A stretch of DNA of 64,000 bases from an uncultured Acidobacteriota bacterium (GTDB taxonomy: Bacteria > Acidobacteriota > UBA6911): the NCBI GenBank assembly GCA_963809485.1, contig CAWEJX010000008.1:448001-512000 (forward strand), given 5' to 3'. The position numbers and the translations under genes were made by a program. Shown here piece after piece: positions 37,468-47,570 of the stretch. A model generated the notes under the pieces. That model did not search any database. It was not told where the DNA came from and saw nothing but the letters and a program-made list of their open reading frames with translations. Every line of letters starts with the position of its first letter. The stretch's first letter is position 1.

Positions 37468-39516
37468 TTAGCGGTTCCTGCTGGGGCGTGACACTCCGCC
37501 GGGCCTCCCGCCGGCGGCAGGGCCGGAGTTCCCTCCGCTCCTGCCCGCGGAAGGAGCAGGCATCGATCGGGCCCCACTGCTGCGTCCGGCGCCAGAAAAT
37601 GAGCTGGACCGCTGGGGTGCGCTGTATATCGTCATGCGCCGGGACTCAGGCGCTCGCGCGCCCGCACCCGGATTGTTCCAGCCGCCGCCACCGTTTGAAC
37701 GCGGAATGACGGGGTTGTTTTGCGGCCGGACTTCAGCAGGCGCCGCCGGCGCGACCGGAGCGTTGTAGGTTCGCGGCTGCTCCTGCACCGCGCGTTCGGA
37801 GCGCCACGTGTATGATCTCCCCTGAGTGGAGCGATCCGTCGCCTGGGGGCGGGCAACAGGATCGGTGATCGTCCGCGCGCCGGCATCCGGCACCGTTGAA
37901 TAGGACCTCCGGGCGGCAGGCGCAGAGGTTTGAGGCCGCGCGGCCGGCTCGGTCGCAGTCCGCGCTTCCCTGGCTGTTGGGATCGGCCTTGTGGCCGGGC
38001 CTGTATTCCGGATGGTGCGTCCTACGCCCGGGACATCCACCACCTGGATATTGGATTGCGTTCTGCGGCCTTCATCGCCCGCTATCCCTGTATTTATGAC
38101 CTGCCGGGGCGCAGCGCCGTTTGAGCGTATCTGCGGATTGCTTATTGCCGTGAGTCTATTTCGGTCGCCGTTGATGGTTCGGGGCATATTACGGACCACC
38201 GCAGGCAAGGATGCGTTTTCATTCGGCCGGACAGCGGGACGGTCGGGCGCGGCCGGTCTGTAACTGGTTGCCGTGGGCTGAACGGCAGGCCGATCCCCGG
38301 ACCATGAACCCTGTCTCCACGGCTGATCGACATTGGGAAAAGGCGTTCTGCGGTCCCTGTTTTCGAACCTGCCATTCCTGAAGTGCTCGATCCCCGTGGT
38401 GTGGAAGGCTCCGTGAACATTTCTATTGAAAGGATCGCCGGGCCGCCGGGTGTGCAGATTGCCCAATTGACTCAGCTGGTAGCTGTAAATGCCCCTGTTG
38501 TAGCGGTAGTGGTTAATGCCGTAATAATCTCCGGGGCCCAGCGGGCACCAGGAGACCCAGCCTGGGCCGCTGTAAAAACTTACCAGGCCGGGAGACCAGA
38601 AATTAAACGAGAACCCCGGGCCCGGGAGCCAGCACCATCCGTGATGAGAATGGCGATACCACCGGCCGTAATGGTACGGCAACCATCCCCAAGGCTCATA
38701 GGAAATCCATGTCCAGCCCGATAGCGGGCGATAGCACCAGCGTCCGAGAGAATATGGAGACCAGTAGGAATCCACATAATATGGGACCCAGGCGCTGCCA
38801 TAGTAGTCAACGTCCACCCATTGTCCATACCGGTCCAGTTCAGACACTCCCATGTAAAGGCTGTCGGGCAGATATTGCCTGCTCTTATAGGCATTGCGGT
38901 CCACATTGCGCCGGTCCTGCCATTCGTCCCATTCGTCCCGCTTGTTATATTTGGAAAGTAATGCTTCCCTGCCTCTCCCGGGACTGACACGAAGCATCTC
39001 CCCGGAATCGATGGTGCGCGAAAATTCGTTGCTGGCAACCTCAAGTTCGCCTTTTCGGACAATGGCCTCGGTATCCCCGTTTTCCGCGACACTGAAACGA
39101 TATACGCCCTTGCGCCGGGCATTGAAAGCCGCCGCCGGGGTGTTGATCTCGAAATCCAGGCCGCTGGATACATTCAGGGTGGATAAACCGATGAGTATGC
39201 GCAGCTGGATCCGTTTCTCGTCGAGGCTAAGAACTTCTATATCGGTGTTTTCAGCCAGCCGATAAACCGAACCGTCGTCGAGCTCAATTTCGGCTCTTCC
39301 ATCCGGCCCGGTGTATATGCGGTCTCCCGGTTCCAGCGGCAGATTGATGCTTGCCGCCGACCAGTCCGCATCCGAGGCATGCTGAAAACTGACATGCCCG
39401 ACAAGGTAGGATAGGCGTGCAAGACGCACATAATCGTCGTTATCGGATTCTGCCTGAGAAGCAGAAACGGCCAGAAATGAAGTTGTCAGGAATGCTGTTA
39501 CGAGGACATACGACAA
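37468..39516 (-). CDS. Secreted FecR-like domain + DUF6600-like Trp/Tyr-rich protein with a low-complexity tail
   Basis: Signal peptide, ARLSYLVGHV...GDRIYTG.DGRAEI, and WTWISYEPWGWLPYHYGRW repeat region. Confidence 0.8.
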   Translation of the reverse strand: MSYVLVTAFLTTSFLAVSASQAESDNDDYVRLARLSYLVGHVSFQHASDADWSAASINLPLEPGDRIYTGPDGRAEIELDDGSVYRLAENTDIEVLSLDEKRIQLRILIGLSTLNVSSGLDFEINTPAAAFNARRKGVYRFSVAENGDTEAIVRKGELEVASNEFSRTIDSGEMLRVSPGRGREALLSKYNKRDEWDEWQDRRNVDRNAYKSRQYLPDSLYMGVSELDRYGQWVDVDYYGSAWVPYYVDSYWSPYSLGRWCYRPLSGWTWISYEPWGWLPYHYGRWYRHSHHGWCWLPGPGFSFNFWSPGLVSFYSGPGWVSWCPLGPGDYYGINHYRYNRGIYSYQLSQLGNLHTRRPGDPFNRNVHGAFHTTGIEHFRNGRFENRDRRTPFPNVDQPWRQGSWSGDRPAVQPTATSYRPAAPDRPAVRPNENASLPAVVRNMPRTINGDRNRLTAISNPQIRSNGAAPRQVINTGIAGDEGRRTQSNIQVVDVPGVGRTIRNTGPATRPIPTAREARTATEPAARPQTSAPAARRSYSTVPDAGARTITDPVARPQATDRSTQGRSYTWRSERAVQEQPRTYNAPVAPAAPAEVRPQNNPVIPRSNGGGGWNNPGAGARAPESRRMTIYSAPQRSSSFSGAGRSSGARSMPAPSAGRSGGNSGPAAGGRPGGVSRPSRNR

Positions 39517-39573
39517 TCGGCGGGATCATGGCGGATACCCTCCCGGAGGTCATCCCTCCATCTTTACAACATA

Positions 39574-39601
39574 TCAGATGCATCCCCGCGCGGAAAGTAT
39601 C
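39574..39601 (-). promoter_or_regulatory. Possible ECF sigma promoter
   Basis: GATACTT-N16-TCTGA upstream of the FecR-like gene. Confidence 0.3.
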
Positions 39602-39759
39602 AATAAAAATGCCTTATTTTGATTTTAATGAGACATTTCCCGCCCTCAAAGGGCGTCGTCTCAAAGTCCAGGAGTGACCCCGATTTTTTCGGCCTGCCCT
39701 GGGTATGCGATTTGGCTAGCCCCTGGAATTAATGCCGCGCGGAATTCGTGGCTCTTCCG

Positions 39760-41556
39760 CTACTCGGAGCTGCTGTTGGGCGCGAGGATCTCCTTGGCAT
39801 AGGAAGCGAGATCCATCTTGACCAGTTTCGCCACGGCATCCGTCAAATACTCGCAAGTCTCCCGGGCGGTGGCGAACGACAGCGTCCGTACCGCTATCTT
39901 GCGGCAGGATGCCACGGAAACCTCCTGCAAAACCCTGCGGATCGTCGGTATGGACAGAGGATTCATGCTGAGCTGCGTGAATCCCATGCCGAGCAGCAGA
40001 ACCGCATAGAACGGATTGGACGATATTTCCCCGCAGATCCTGGCCGGTATCTTCGATTTCCCTGCCACATGGGCTATACGGGAAAGGCAATGCAGCACCG
40101 AAGGATGGAGCGGCTGGTAGAGATACGCGACGTGGGGATTTCCGCGGTCTACGGCCAGCATATATTGGATCAGGTCATTGGTGCCTACGCAAAGGAAGTC
40201 TACCTCCCTGGCCAGCACTTCCAGCGCGAGCACCGCAGCGGGCACCTCGATCATGACCCCGATAGGCACCGGTTTCAGTTCGACTTTAGGCGTTTTAAGG
40301 AGCTTGGACCGGACCTGGCCGATCAGCGCCTTCGCCTGCCGGATCTCCTCCACCGTGGAAACCATCGGCAAGACCATTTCTATATTGCCTTCGCTGCTCG
40401 CTCGGAGGATCGCCTCCAGCTGCGTGCAGAACGCCTCCCTGAGATGCAGGCTCAGGCGTATGCCACGAAGCCCCATGCTCGGATTCACCTGGCTCGCCAG
40501 GTCTTGCGCCTCGAAGATGCTTTCCGATCCGGCGTCCAGGGTTCGAATCGCCACGGGATAGGGACTCATCTCTCTTGCAAGCGTCCGGTAGGCGGAAAGC
40601 TGCTCTTCCATGCCCGGCATTCCGCCGCGATGCCTGAAATACAGGAACTCCGAGCGGAACATCCCAATTCCTTCAGCGCCGCTCTTCTTTGCAGCTCTCA
40701 ATTCGTGCGGCAGTTCCGTATTGGCGCGCAAGGAAACTGCCTTGCCGTCCCGTGTCAGGGTCCCCGGGCCTGCCTGTGCGGGCGCTGCTTCGGCCGCGGC
40801 GCCGAAGGCCTCGATGCGCCGGCGCTGGCTCTGAATGCGTTTCTGTGAAGGATTAACGACCACCTGGCCATCGTCTCCGTTCAGCAAAAGGGTATCTCCG
40901 CTGACGATGGAGGTCAGAAAGTCCTGAATGCCCATTACGGCCGGAAGGCGCAAACCTCTGCTGATGATTGCCGTGTGAGAGTTGCGTCCGCCCGATTCCA
41001 GCACAAGGCCGCGAACCTTCTGCAGGTCCATGGAAGCGAAATTGGACGGATTGAAATCGTGCGATACGATAATCAGGTCCCCGGGCAGGGCCTCCCAACT
41101 GACCGGGCGCCCCCCCGAAAGATTGATCAGGATGCGTTCCACGACATCTTCGATGTCGCTGTGGCGCTCCCGGAAGTATTCGTCTTCCAGCGACTCATAG
41201 GCATGCACCAGACGGTCGGCAGCCTGAGTGACGGCCCACTCGGCGTTGGCGTGGCTGTCGCGGACCGTGGAAAGGATTTCGGCGTTCAGAGACTTGTCCT
41301 CCAGCATCAGGATATGAGCATCCAGAATAATGCTGTGCTCCCGCCCCACCTTCTCTTCCAGGCGGGATTTCAGAGCCGCCAGTTGTTCCTTGGAGGCCTC
41401 GATCGCACGCAGGTACCTGCGCACTTCCTCCTCGACGTCGTCGACGCGGATCCTCAGGATCACACGGTTGTGGCTGTCCAGCTTGAGCGCCTGTCCCAAA
41501 ACAATGCCGCCTGAAACACCGTTACCCTGGAAAACCCTCTCCCGTTTGCGGACCAT
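39760..41556 (-). CDS. ptsI: PEP-protein phosphotransferase (enzyme I)
   Basis: GGRNSHTAI phospho-His motif, GIGMFRSE, GTNDLIQY, ICGE. Confidence 0.95.
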   Translation of the reverse strand: MVRKRERVFQGNGVSGGIVLGQALKLDSHNRVILRIRVDDVEEEVRRYLRAIEASKEQLAALKSRLEEKVGREHSIILDAHILMLEDKSLNAEILSTVRDSHANAEWAVTQAADRLVHAYESLEDEYFRERHSDIEDVVERILINLSGGRPVSWEALPGDLIIVSHDFNPSNFASMDLQKVRGLVLESGGRNSHTAIISRGLRLPAVMGIQDFLTSIVSGDTLLLNGDDGQVVVNPSQKRIQSQRRRIEAFGAAAEAAPAQAGPGTLTRDGKAVSLRANTELPHELRAAKKSGAEGIGMFRSEFLYFRHRGGMPGMEEQLSAYRTLAREMSPYPVAIRTLDAGSESIFEAQDLASQVNPSMGLRGIRLSLHLREAFCTQLEAILRASSEGNIEMVLPMVSTVEEIRQAKALIGQVRSKLLKTPKVELKPVPIGVMIEVPAAVLALEVLAREVDFLCVGTNDLIQYMLAVDRGNPHVAYLYQPLHPSVLHCLSRIAHVAGKSKIPARICGEISSNPFYAVLLLGMGFTQLSMNPLSIPTIRRVLQEVSVASCRKIAVRTLSFATARETCEYLTDAVAKLVKMDLASYAKEILAPNSSSE

Positions 41557-41831
41557 CAGTTTTCTTCTCCAAATTTCCCTTCGAACAGCTGTTTGATCGC
41601 CTCTCCGGCTTCAGACTCGTCCCGGCCTTCTATGGAAATCACCAGCCGTGTGCCTTTCGAGGCAGCCAGCATGAGAATTCCAAGGATGCTCTTCGAATCG
41701 ATCTGCTGATTCGCGTCTTCGCGCGAGATATGAATCTCGCTGGAAAAACGGGACGCAAGCCGCACCAGTTTGGCCGCGGCGCGTGCATGCAAACCCAGCC
41801 TGTTTGATACTGTAATGGGTTGACGGATCAT
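41556..41831 (-). CDS. ptsH: Phosphocarrier HPr
   Basis: GLHARAA (His15) and KSILG (Ser46). Confidence 0.95.
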   Translation of the reverse strand: MIRQPITVSNRLGLHARAAAKLVRLASRFSSEIHISREDANQQIDSKSILGILMLAASKGTRLVISIEGRDESEAGEAIKQLFEGKFGEEN

Positions 41832-42226
41832 GCCGTAAGAAAATCACTGGCCATGGCGATGCTCGAACGCCCCTGGTCGCGCACAATACGGGCCAGTGAA
41901 GCCAAGGTTTCTCCCTCTTTCTGGCTGGCAATCTTGATAATCATAGGCAGGTTAACCCCTGTCACCACGTCCACTTTCCCGGGATCATGAAATGAGAGCG
42001 CGATGTTCGACGGCGTGCCTCCGAACATATCGGTCAATATGAGTACGCCGCTCCCATCCTCGACCTCCAGGATATGCTTCTCTATGTCGTTGTGTGCGTC
42101 ATTCACATCATCATGCCAGCCGATGGAAACGGATTTTATATGGGAAATATCCCCAACAATCATTTCCGCCGCAGCCACCAGTTCCTGGCCAAGGTGTCCG
42201 TGGGTTACCACCAAAGCGCCGATCAT
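41828..42226 (-). CDS. PTS mannose/fructose-type EIIA
   Basis: VVTHG, TDMFGGTPSN, GVNLPM. Confidence 0.92.
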   Translation of the reverse strand: MIGALVVTHGHLGQELVAAAEMIVGDISHIKSVSIGWHDDVNDAHNDIEKHILEVEDGSGVLILTDMFGGTPSNIALSFHDPGKVDVVTGVNLPMIIKIASQKEGETLASLARIVRDQGRSSIAMASDFLTA

Positions 42227-42244
42227 AAAGGTAAGTCCGTTTCT

Positions 42245-43108
42245 TCAGAGGTTCACGTCACGATGGCGGACGTGGATCTCCCGTTTATGGCTTTTCAGAT
42301 GCCTGGCTAGCTCCTCTGCAACAAAAACCGAGCGGTGCCGCCCTCCGGTACAACCGACCGCTATCGTGAGATAACTTTTGCCTTCGCGAACGTAAGAGGG
42401 CAAAAGGTATTTTAAGAGATTTCCGACCTTTTTGACAAACTCCATCGTTTCGGGAAACGATCGCAGGTACTGTATCACCTTGCGGTCCTTCCCGCTTAAA
42501 TCCTTGATCCGCGGCACAAAATGGGGATTGGGAAGGAACCGCGTGTCGAACACCAGGTCCGCCTCAAGCGGTAATCCATGCTTATAGCCGAAGCTCATCA
42601 GCTGGATATTGAGGCCGCTGAATGTCGGGCGCTTCCGAAAACGCTCCGTGATCAGAGCCTTCGCCTGGTGCACCGTGTAATCGGAAGTATCGATGATGAC
42701 GTCCGCGAGCGCGGCCACCCGGCGCAGCCTCCTGCGCTCCATCCGGATCGCCTCCAGCAGCGGCCTTTCCGCCGACAGGGGATGCGGCCGGCGCGTCTCG
42801 CTGTAACGGCGCACCAGCACATGATCCCTGGCCTCGAGGTAAATCACCAGTACGCGGGCGATGGATTTCCTGAGGTCCCCGATAATTTTCCCCAGGTCAT
42901 CCAGCCTTTCGCCGGCGCGTATGTCTATGACGAGGGCCACGTCTTTTATTTCCGCCCCCTTGTCCCTCATCCCTTCACTGAATCTATGAATCAGATTTAC
43001 CGGGAGGTTGTCGACACAGATATACCCGAGGTCTTCAAAGGCCTTTAAAACGGTTCCCTTCCCGGAACCGCTCATGCCCGTTACGATGACGAGGTGGCGC
43101 AAAGACAT
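42245..43108 (-). CDS. rapZ: RNase adapter RapZ/YvcJ
   Basis: GMSGSGK, DNLP, SFGYKHG, GCTGGRHRSV. Confidence 0.95.
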   Translation of the reverse strand: MSLRHLVIVTGMSGSGKGTVLKAFEDLGYICVDNLPVNLIHRFSEGMRDKGAEIKDVALVIDIRAGERLDDLGKIIGDLRKSIARVLVIYLEARDHVLVRRYSETRRPHPLSAERPLLEAIRMERRRLRRVAALADVIIDTSDYTVHQAKALITERFRKRPTFSGLNIQLMSFGYKHGLPLEADLVFDTRFLPNPHFVPRIKDLSGKDRKVIQYLRSFPETMEFVKKVGNLLKYLLPSYVREGKSYLTIAVGCTGGRHRSVFVAEELARHLKSHKREIHVRHRDVNL

Positions 43109-43111
43109 ATC

Positions 43112-43605
43112 AATTTATGATTTACGAATTACGAATGACGAATTACGAATTTAAACACACGGTGATGATTTCCGGTAAGCTGTTTGTTGTACCGGAAGTC
43201 TATTTTCTTTACGGTGCTCGGGACTGGGGCCTTCATGGGATTCACCCGTTGCGCGCCGGTTTCAGATTGGCAACTCTTATCTAATTCCATTGGTAAACCG
43301 GCTCTGCCGGGAGACTCAAAGAGTTTGACAGCTCCGTAATTTGAAACGCTGACGTACGCTGAAAAAATATAAATTTTTTTCGGCGTGGGTCGGCGTCCGT
43401 TCAGCGTGCGTCGGCGTTCAAGACCGGCCTAACGCCTCCAACCGCTTTGAGCGGTTCAAATCTTTCAAGCCTCCGGCTTTGCCGAGGTACCTGACTGCCA
43501 TTGAAGATTGCATTCTGACTATCGACTGAATAAAAAATGATCGCAAAACATCACCGCGCTTTTTAATTCGTCATTCGTCATTCGTCATTCGTAATTCGCA
43601 ATTCG
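43112..43605. repeat. ATTACGA/ATGACGA repeat arms (43112-43152 and 43565-43605) enclosing a ~410-bp loop
   Basis: Same unit as 26677-26761; the arms are inverted; the loop contains MITE-A. Confidence 0.85.
43286..43495 (+). mobile_element. MITE-A copy with a variant interior
   Basis: TAAT|TCCATTGGTAAACC ... GTACCTGAC; small deletions in both hairpins. Confidence 0.82.
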
Positions 43606-44538
43606 TGAGGGGTTATAGCCGCGCTGGCGCAGAAGCTGAATCCGCGCGGCTACCTCCACCAGTGTCGCTATATTCCTTCCCGGGCCTACAGGCATCTCGA
43701 TGACAGGAACGGTTATGCCGAGGAATTCAATGGTCGACGGATCGAGTCCCAGCCGGTCGTACTCGGCGTCCGGCTTCCACCGCTCCAGCCGCACTGCAAA
43801 ATCGATATTCTGCCGCCCGCCGGTGGCGGAAACCCCGAACAGCTCCTTGATGTCTATGATCCCGAGCCCGCGCAGTTCAATATGGTGTTTGAGCACCTTT
43901 CCGCCCGTTCCGGAAAGTTTGTCGATCCCATGCCGTGTGATTTCCACGTAATCATCCGTAATCAGGCGATGCCCCTTGACGATCAGCTCCAGCGCACACT
44001 CGCTTTTGCCGATTCCCGATGGCCCCAGAATCAGGACGCCCAGCCCGAAAACTTCCAGCAGAACTCCGTGGATCGTCATCCGCGGCGCCAGCCGCTCCTC
44101 CAGGTAGCTGCTGATTCTTGCGATGCACATCGAACTGAGCGAGGCGCTACGAAAAACCGGGATCCCTTCGTCGCTCGAGACCTTGAGGAGCTCTTCCGGG
44201 ATTTCCAGGCCTTTGGTGACCACGATGCAGCAGATTTTGTTGTTCTTCAGGCGATGGATCGCCGCCGTGCGACCTTCCGGCTCGAGGGTTCGCAGGAAGT
44301 GCATCTCGCTGCTGCCGAAAATATGAACCCGGTCCAGGTGGATGCATCCGCTGAATCCGGCAAGTATCATCCCCAGCTTCTGGACCCTGGGGGACCGGAT
44401 TTGATTCTCCATGCCCTGCCCGCTCTGCAAAGACTCCAGTTTTAAAACAGGGGCCAAAGCAGCGAGTAATTCCCCTGCAGAGACGCTGTCTGCTTTCCCT
44501 TTGACATCGTCGATTATGATTCCATGGCCTTCGGGCAT
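43585..44538 (-). CDS. hprK: HPr kinase/phosphorylase
   Basis: HGVLL, GPSGIGKSE, LITDD, ELRGLGI, PGRN. Confidence 0.96.
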   Translation of the reverse strand: MPEGHGIIIDDVKGKADSVSAGELLAALAPVLKLESLQSGQGMENQIRSPRVQKLGMILAGFSGCIHLDRVHIFGSSEMHFLRTLEPEGRTAAIHRLKNNKICCIVVTKGLEIPEELLKVSSDEGIPVFRSASLSSMCIARISSYLEERLAPRMTIHGVLLEVFGLGVLILGPSGIGKSECALELIVKGHRLITDDYVEITRHGIDKLSGTGGKVLKHHIELRGLGIIDIKELFGVSATGGRQNIDFAVRLERWKPDAEYDRLGLDPSTIEFLGITVPVIEMPVGPGRNIATLVEVAARIQLLRQRGYNPSRIANYE

Positions 44539-44696
44539 AGCCGGTTCCCCATCCCAGTATACGGCTTTGTCTTATGAGGCGAAGGCAGAAAACCAGCAGG
44601 ATATTAAGCGTTCGCCGCGATGCAGTGCACGCAGATCCTCCCCTGGTTTAGCAGCGTTCCTCAGAGCTTTTGCCAGCCTATGCCGGCGTTACCGGA

Positions 44697-45236
44697 TCAG
44701 TCGTGAATCAGGACAAGAGTGCCGTCTTTGCGGCGGTAAAGCACGCTGACAGTGCCGGAATCTGCATTCCGGAAGACGACAAACGGGTAATCCGAATGAT
44801 TGAGTTCAAGCAGCGCTTCCTCAACCACCATGGGTTTTCTTTGTACTTCTTCTTCCTGGATTCCGTCGCTCTTTCGAGCCAGAACTCGAGCCGCTCGCTC
44901 TCCACCTCCGGTCGATACGGCAACCGTCTTTGCTTTGGCACGCTGGCGTTTTCCTTCGATAAGCTTGCTTTTCTGCTTTAAAGCCTGGCGCTCAAGCTTC
45001 TCGATGGCCCGCACGATCGAGCTGTACATGTCGTCCGTCTGACCCTTTCCCGTCAGATCCAGTATCTTCGATTTGAGCAGGATTTCGGCCGTTTGACGCT
45101 CCTTTTCCACGTCAATAATCACGTGGAAATTGATGTCATCACCGAGGATTTTTACAAACTTGCGCAACCTTTTAAGCACATAGGCGCGTATTGCAGGGGT
45201 AATGACGACGTGTCTGCCGGTTATTTCCACATTCAT
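44697..45236 (-). CDS. hpf: Long ribosome hibernation promoting factor
   Basis: ITGRH, DMYSSI, KPM.VEEA, VLYRRKDG; downstream of rpoN. Confidence 0.93.
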   Translation of the reverse strand: MNVEITGRHVVITPAIRAYVLKRLRKFVKILGDDINFHVIIDVEKERQTAEILLKSKILDLTGKGQTDDMYSSIVRAIEKLERQALKQKSKLIEGKRQRAKAKTVAVSTGGGERAARVLARKSDGIQEEEVQRKPMVVEEALLELNHSDYPFVVFRNADSGTVSVLYRRKDGTLVLIHD

Positions 45237-45336
45237 ATCGAGTTTCCCTTCCAGGTAGAAAAAACAAACGGGTTCTTGCAGCACTCAACACCGGGATAAC
45301 AGGAAAGCCTCATCAGGGAGCCAAACGCAGCAGCGG

Positions 45337-46791
45337 TCAGAAGAGGTATCCGATCTTCCGCTCTCGAGAACCGGGAACCTGCATCTGCTCGCGGTATTTG
45401 GCCACCGTGCGGCGTGTGATAAAAATATTGTCCCGGCGCAACAACTGTCCAATCTGATTGTCCGAATAAGGTTTTTTTTTGTTTTCGCCCTCGATCCACT
45501 GCTTGATTTTTAATTTGACCTGAACGATTGAAAACTCTTCGCCGTCGGAGTTTTCAACGCCCATCGTGAAGAACTTCCTCAGCTCCATCACTCCCTGCGG
45601 CGTATCGACATATTTGTTGGTGACGACTCGGCTTATGGTCGAGCTGTGGACCCCCAGTTCGCTGGCAACATCCTTAATTAGCATCGGCCGCAGGCGCGAA
45701 GGGCCGTTATCCAGGAAATCCTTCTGGCGGTTTACGATGCACACACAGACGCGGTAGATCGTCTGCTTCCTCTGATTGACGCTCCTGAGCAGATCCACCG
45801 CCGAACGGAATTTTTCCCTGAGAAAGGCCTTGGTCTCACCGCTGACACCGTTGCTTTTCAGAAGATCCCTGTAGCCGGCATTCAGCCGCAGTTGCGGCAT
45901 GCCTTCGTCGTTCAGGATAATGACGAACTCGTCGTCCACCTTGCTGATGGTCACTTCCGGCTGCACATAGGTCGCTTCCTGATTGCCGTATTTCTGCCCG
46001 GGCTTCGGGATCAGGTGCTTGATGCAATCCACCGCTTGGAGCACCTCCTCGAAATTCGCGCCCGTGTGGCTGGCAATTTCCTTGAACCTGTGGCCTTCGA
46101 GCGAAGGCAGATGATCCTGGATGATCCTGTAGGCAAGACTTTCCTTGAGATCCAGGCTTTCCAGCTGCAGCGAAAGGCACTCGCGCAGATCCCGCGCCCC
46201 GACTCCCACGGGATCCATGGCCTGCACAACTTCCAGGGCCTCAACCGCTTCCTCCATGGTGCAATTTGCCACCTGACACAGTTCTTCAAGGCTGATCAGC
46301 AGATACCCGTCTTCGTTGAGATTGCCGATGATCTGGCCTGCAATCTCCGCAATGCGAGGCTTTGCGTCCGACAGGCCAAGCTGCCAGTTAAGGTGCTCTT
46401 CGAGCGAAGGGGGCCGGGTTAGAAAGGTTTCAAACGAAGGTTTTTCGGAATCCTCGGTTTCACGGTTTTTATAGCCCGTATCGAGATATTCGTCGAAGAA
46501 ATAGCGAAAATCAATCTCGTCAAAGGAATCCGTTTCCTTGGGGCCGGGCGCGCTTTCGGCGGACACAGGCTCGTCTGTCGCCCCGGCATTCTGAATCGCT
46601 TCCTGAGGAGAATCCTGCTCGGTAACCTCTTCCAGGATCGGATTTTCAACCAGCTCCTGGTTGAGCATTTCCTGGAGTTCGAGCTTATTGAGCTGAAGTA
46701 ATTCAATTTTTTGAAGCAGCGAAGGAGTAAGGGCTAATCTCTGGCTGAGACGCAAATCCAAAGTCTGCCGAAGATATGGTTTTCGATTCAT
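45337..46791 (-). CDS. rpoN: RNA polymerase sigma-54 factor
   Basis: Gln/Leu-rich region I, HSSTISR and RpoN box RRTVAKYRE. Confidence 0.97.
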   Translation of the reverse strand: MNRKPYLRQTLDLRLSQRLALTPSLLQKIELLQLNKLELQEMLNQELVENPILEEVTEQDSPQEAIQNAGATDEPVSAESAPGPKETDSFDEIDFRYFFDEYLDTGYKNRETEDSEKPSFETFLTRPPSLEEHLNWQLGLSDAKPRIAEIAGQIIGNLNEDGYLLISLEELCQVANCTMEEAVEALEVVQAMDPVGVGARDLRECLSLQLESLDLKESLAYRIIQDHLPSLEGHRFKEIASHTGANFEEVLQAVDCIKHLIPKPGQKYGNQEATYVQPEVTISKVDDEFVIILNDEGMPQLRLNAGYRDLLKSNGVSGETKAFLREKFRSAVDLLRSVNQRKQTIYRVCVCIVNRQKDFLDNGPSRLRPMLIKDVASELGVHSSTISRVVTNKYVDTPQGVMELRKFFTMGVENSDGEEFSIVQVKLKIKQWIEGENKKKPYSDNQIGQLLRRDNIFITRRTVAKYREQMQVPGSRERKIGYLF

Positions 46792-46797
46792 GATTGC

Positions 46798-47529
46798 CTA
46801 TCTGAGCCTGAAATTCTCGCCCAGGTACACCTTTTTTACTTCAGCATCGTTCGTCAGCTGCTCGGGTGAGCCTTCACGCAGAATCCGTCCCTCATTTATT
46901 ATATAGGCACGGTCCGTTATATTCAAAGTCTCCCGCACATTGTGATCGGTTATCAGCACCCCGATCCCGCGTTCCTTCAAACGGCCGATAATTCGCTGGA
47001 TATCCAGCACGGCCAGGGGGTCGATGCCCGCAAAAGGCTCATCCAGCAGGATAAACCGCGGCGTCAAAACAAGCGCACGGGCTATTTCCAAACGGCGCCT
47101 CTCACCGCCCGAAAGCGTGTAAGCCCCTTGATTGCGAAGGTGCTCAATGCCGAACTCCTCCAAAAGACCCTCCGTCAGCTCGTCCCGTTTCTCCGATGAA
47201 ATATCCAATGTCTCGGCAATGCTACGCAGGTTTTCCTCTACGGACAGTTTACGAAAAACGGATGGCTCCTGCGGAAGGTAGCTGATTCCCGAACGCGCTC
47301 TCTGATACATAGGGAGACGGGTGATTTCCTCATCTCCAAGCCGGACCTGCCCGGCTTCCGGCGGGATCAGGCCCACAATAATATAGAAAGTCGTCGTTTT
47401 CCCTGCCCCGTTGGGACCGAGCAGCCCCACAATCTCTCCGCAGCGCAGCCTGAGGCTGACATCGTTGACGACTTTCCGGCCTCCATAGGATTTGCATAAA
47501 GAGGAGGCTACCAGCAGGCCGTTATTCAT
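46798..47529 (-). CDS. lptB: LPS export ABC ATPase
   Basis: [40 protein letters not shown]. Confidence 0.96.
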   Translation of the reverse strand: MNNGLLVASSLCKSYGGRKVVNDVSLRLRCGEIVGLLGPNGAGKTTTFYIIVGLIPPEAGQVRLGDEEITRLPMYQRARSGISYLPQEPSVFRKLSVEENLRSIAETLDISSEKRDELTEGLLEEFGIEHLRNQGAYTLSGGERRRLEIARALVLTPRFILLDEPFAGIDPLAVLDIQRIIGRLKERGIGVLITDHNVRETLNITDRAYIINEGRILREGSPEQLTNDAEVKKVYLGENFRLR

Positions 47530-47533
47530 ACGT

Positions 47534-47570
47534 AAATAATTGATAATTAATAACTTAAATACTAACTACT
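47534..47570. repeat. Short AT-rich 7-mer tract between lptC and lptB
   Basis: aataattgataattaataacttaaatactaacta. Confidence 0.4.
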
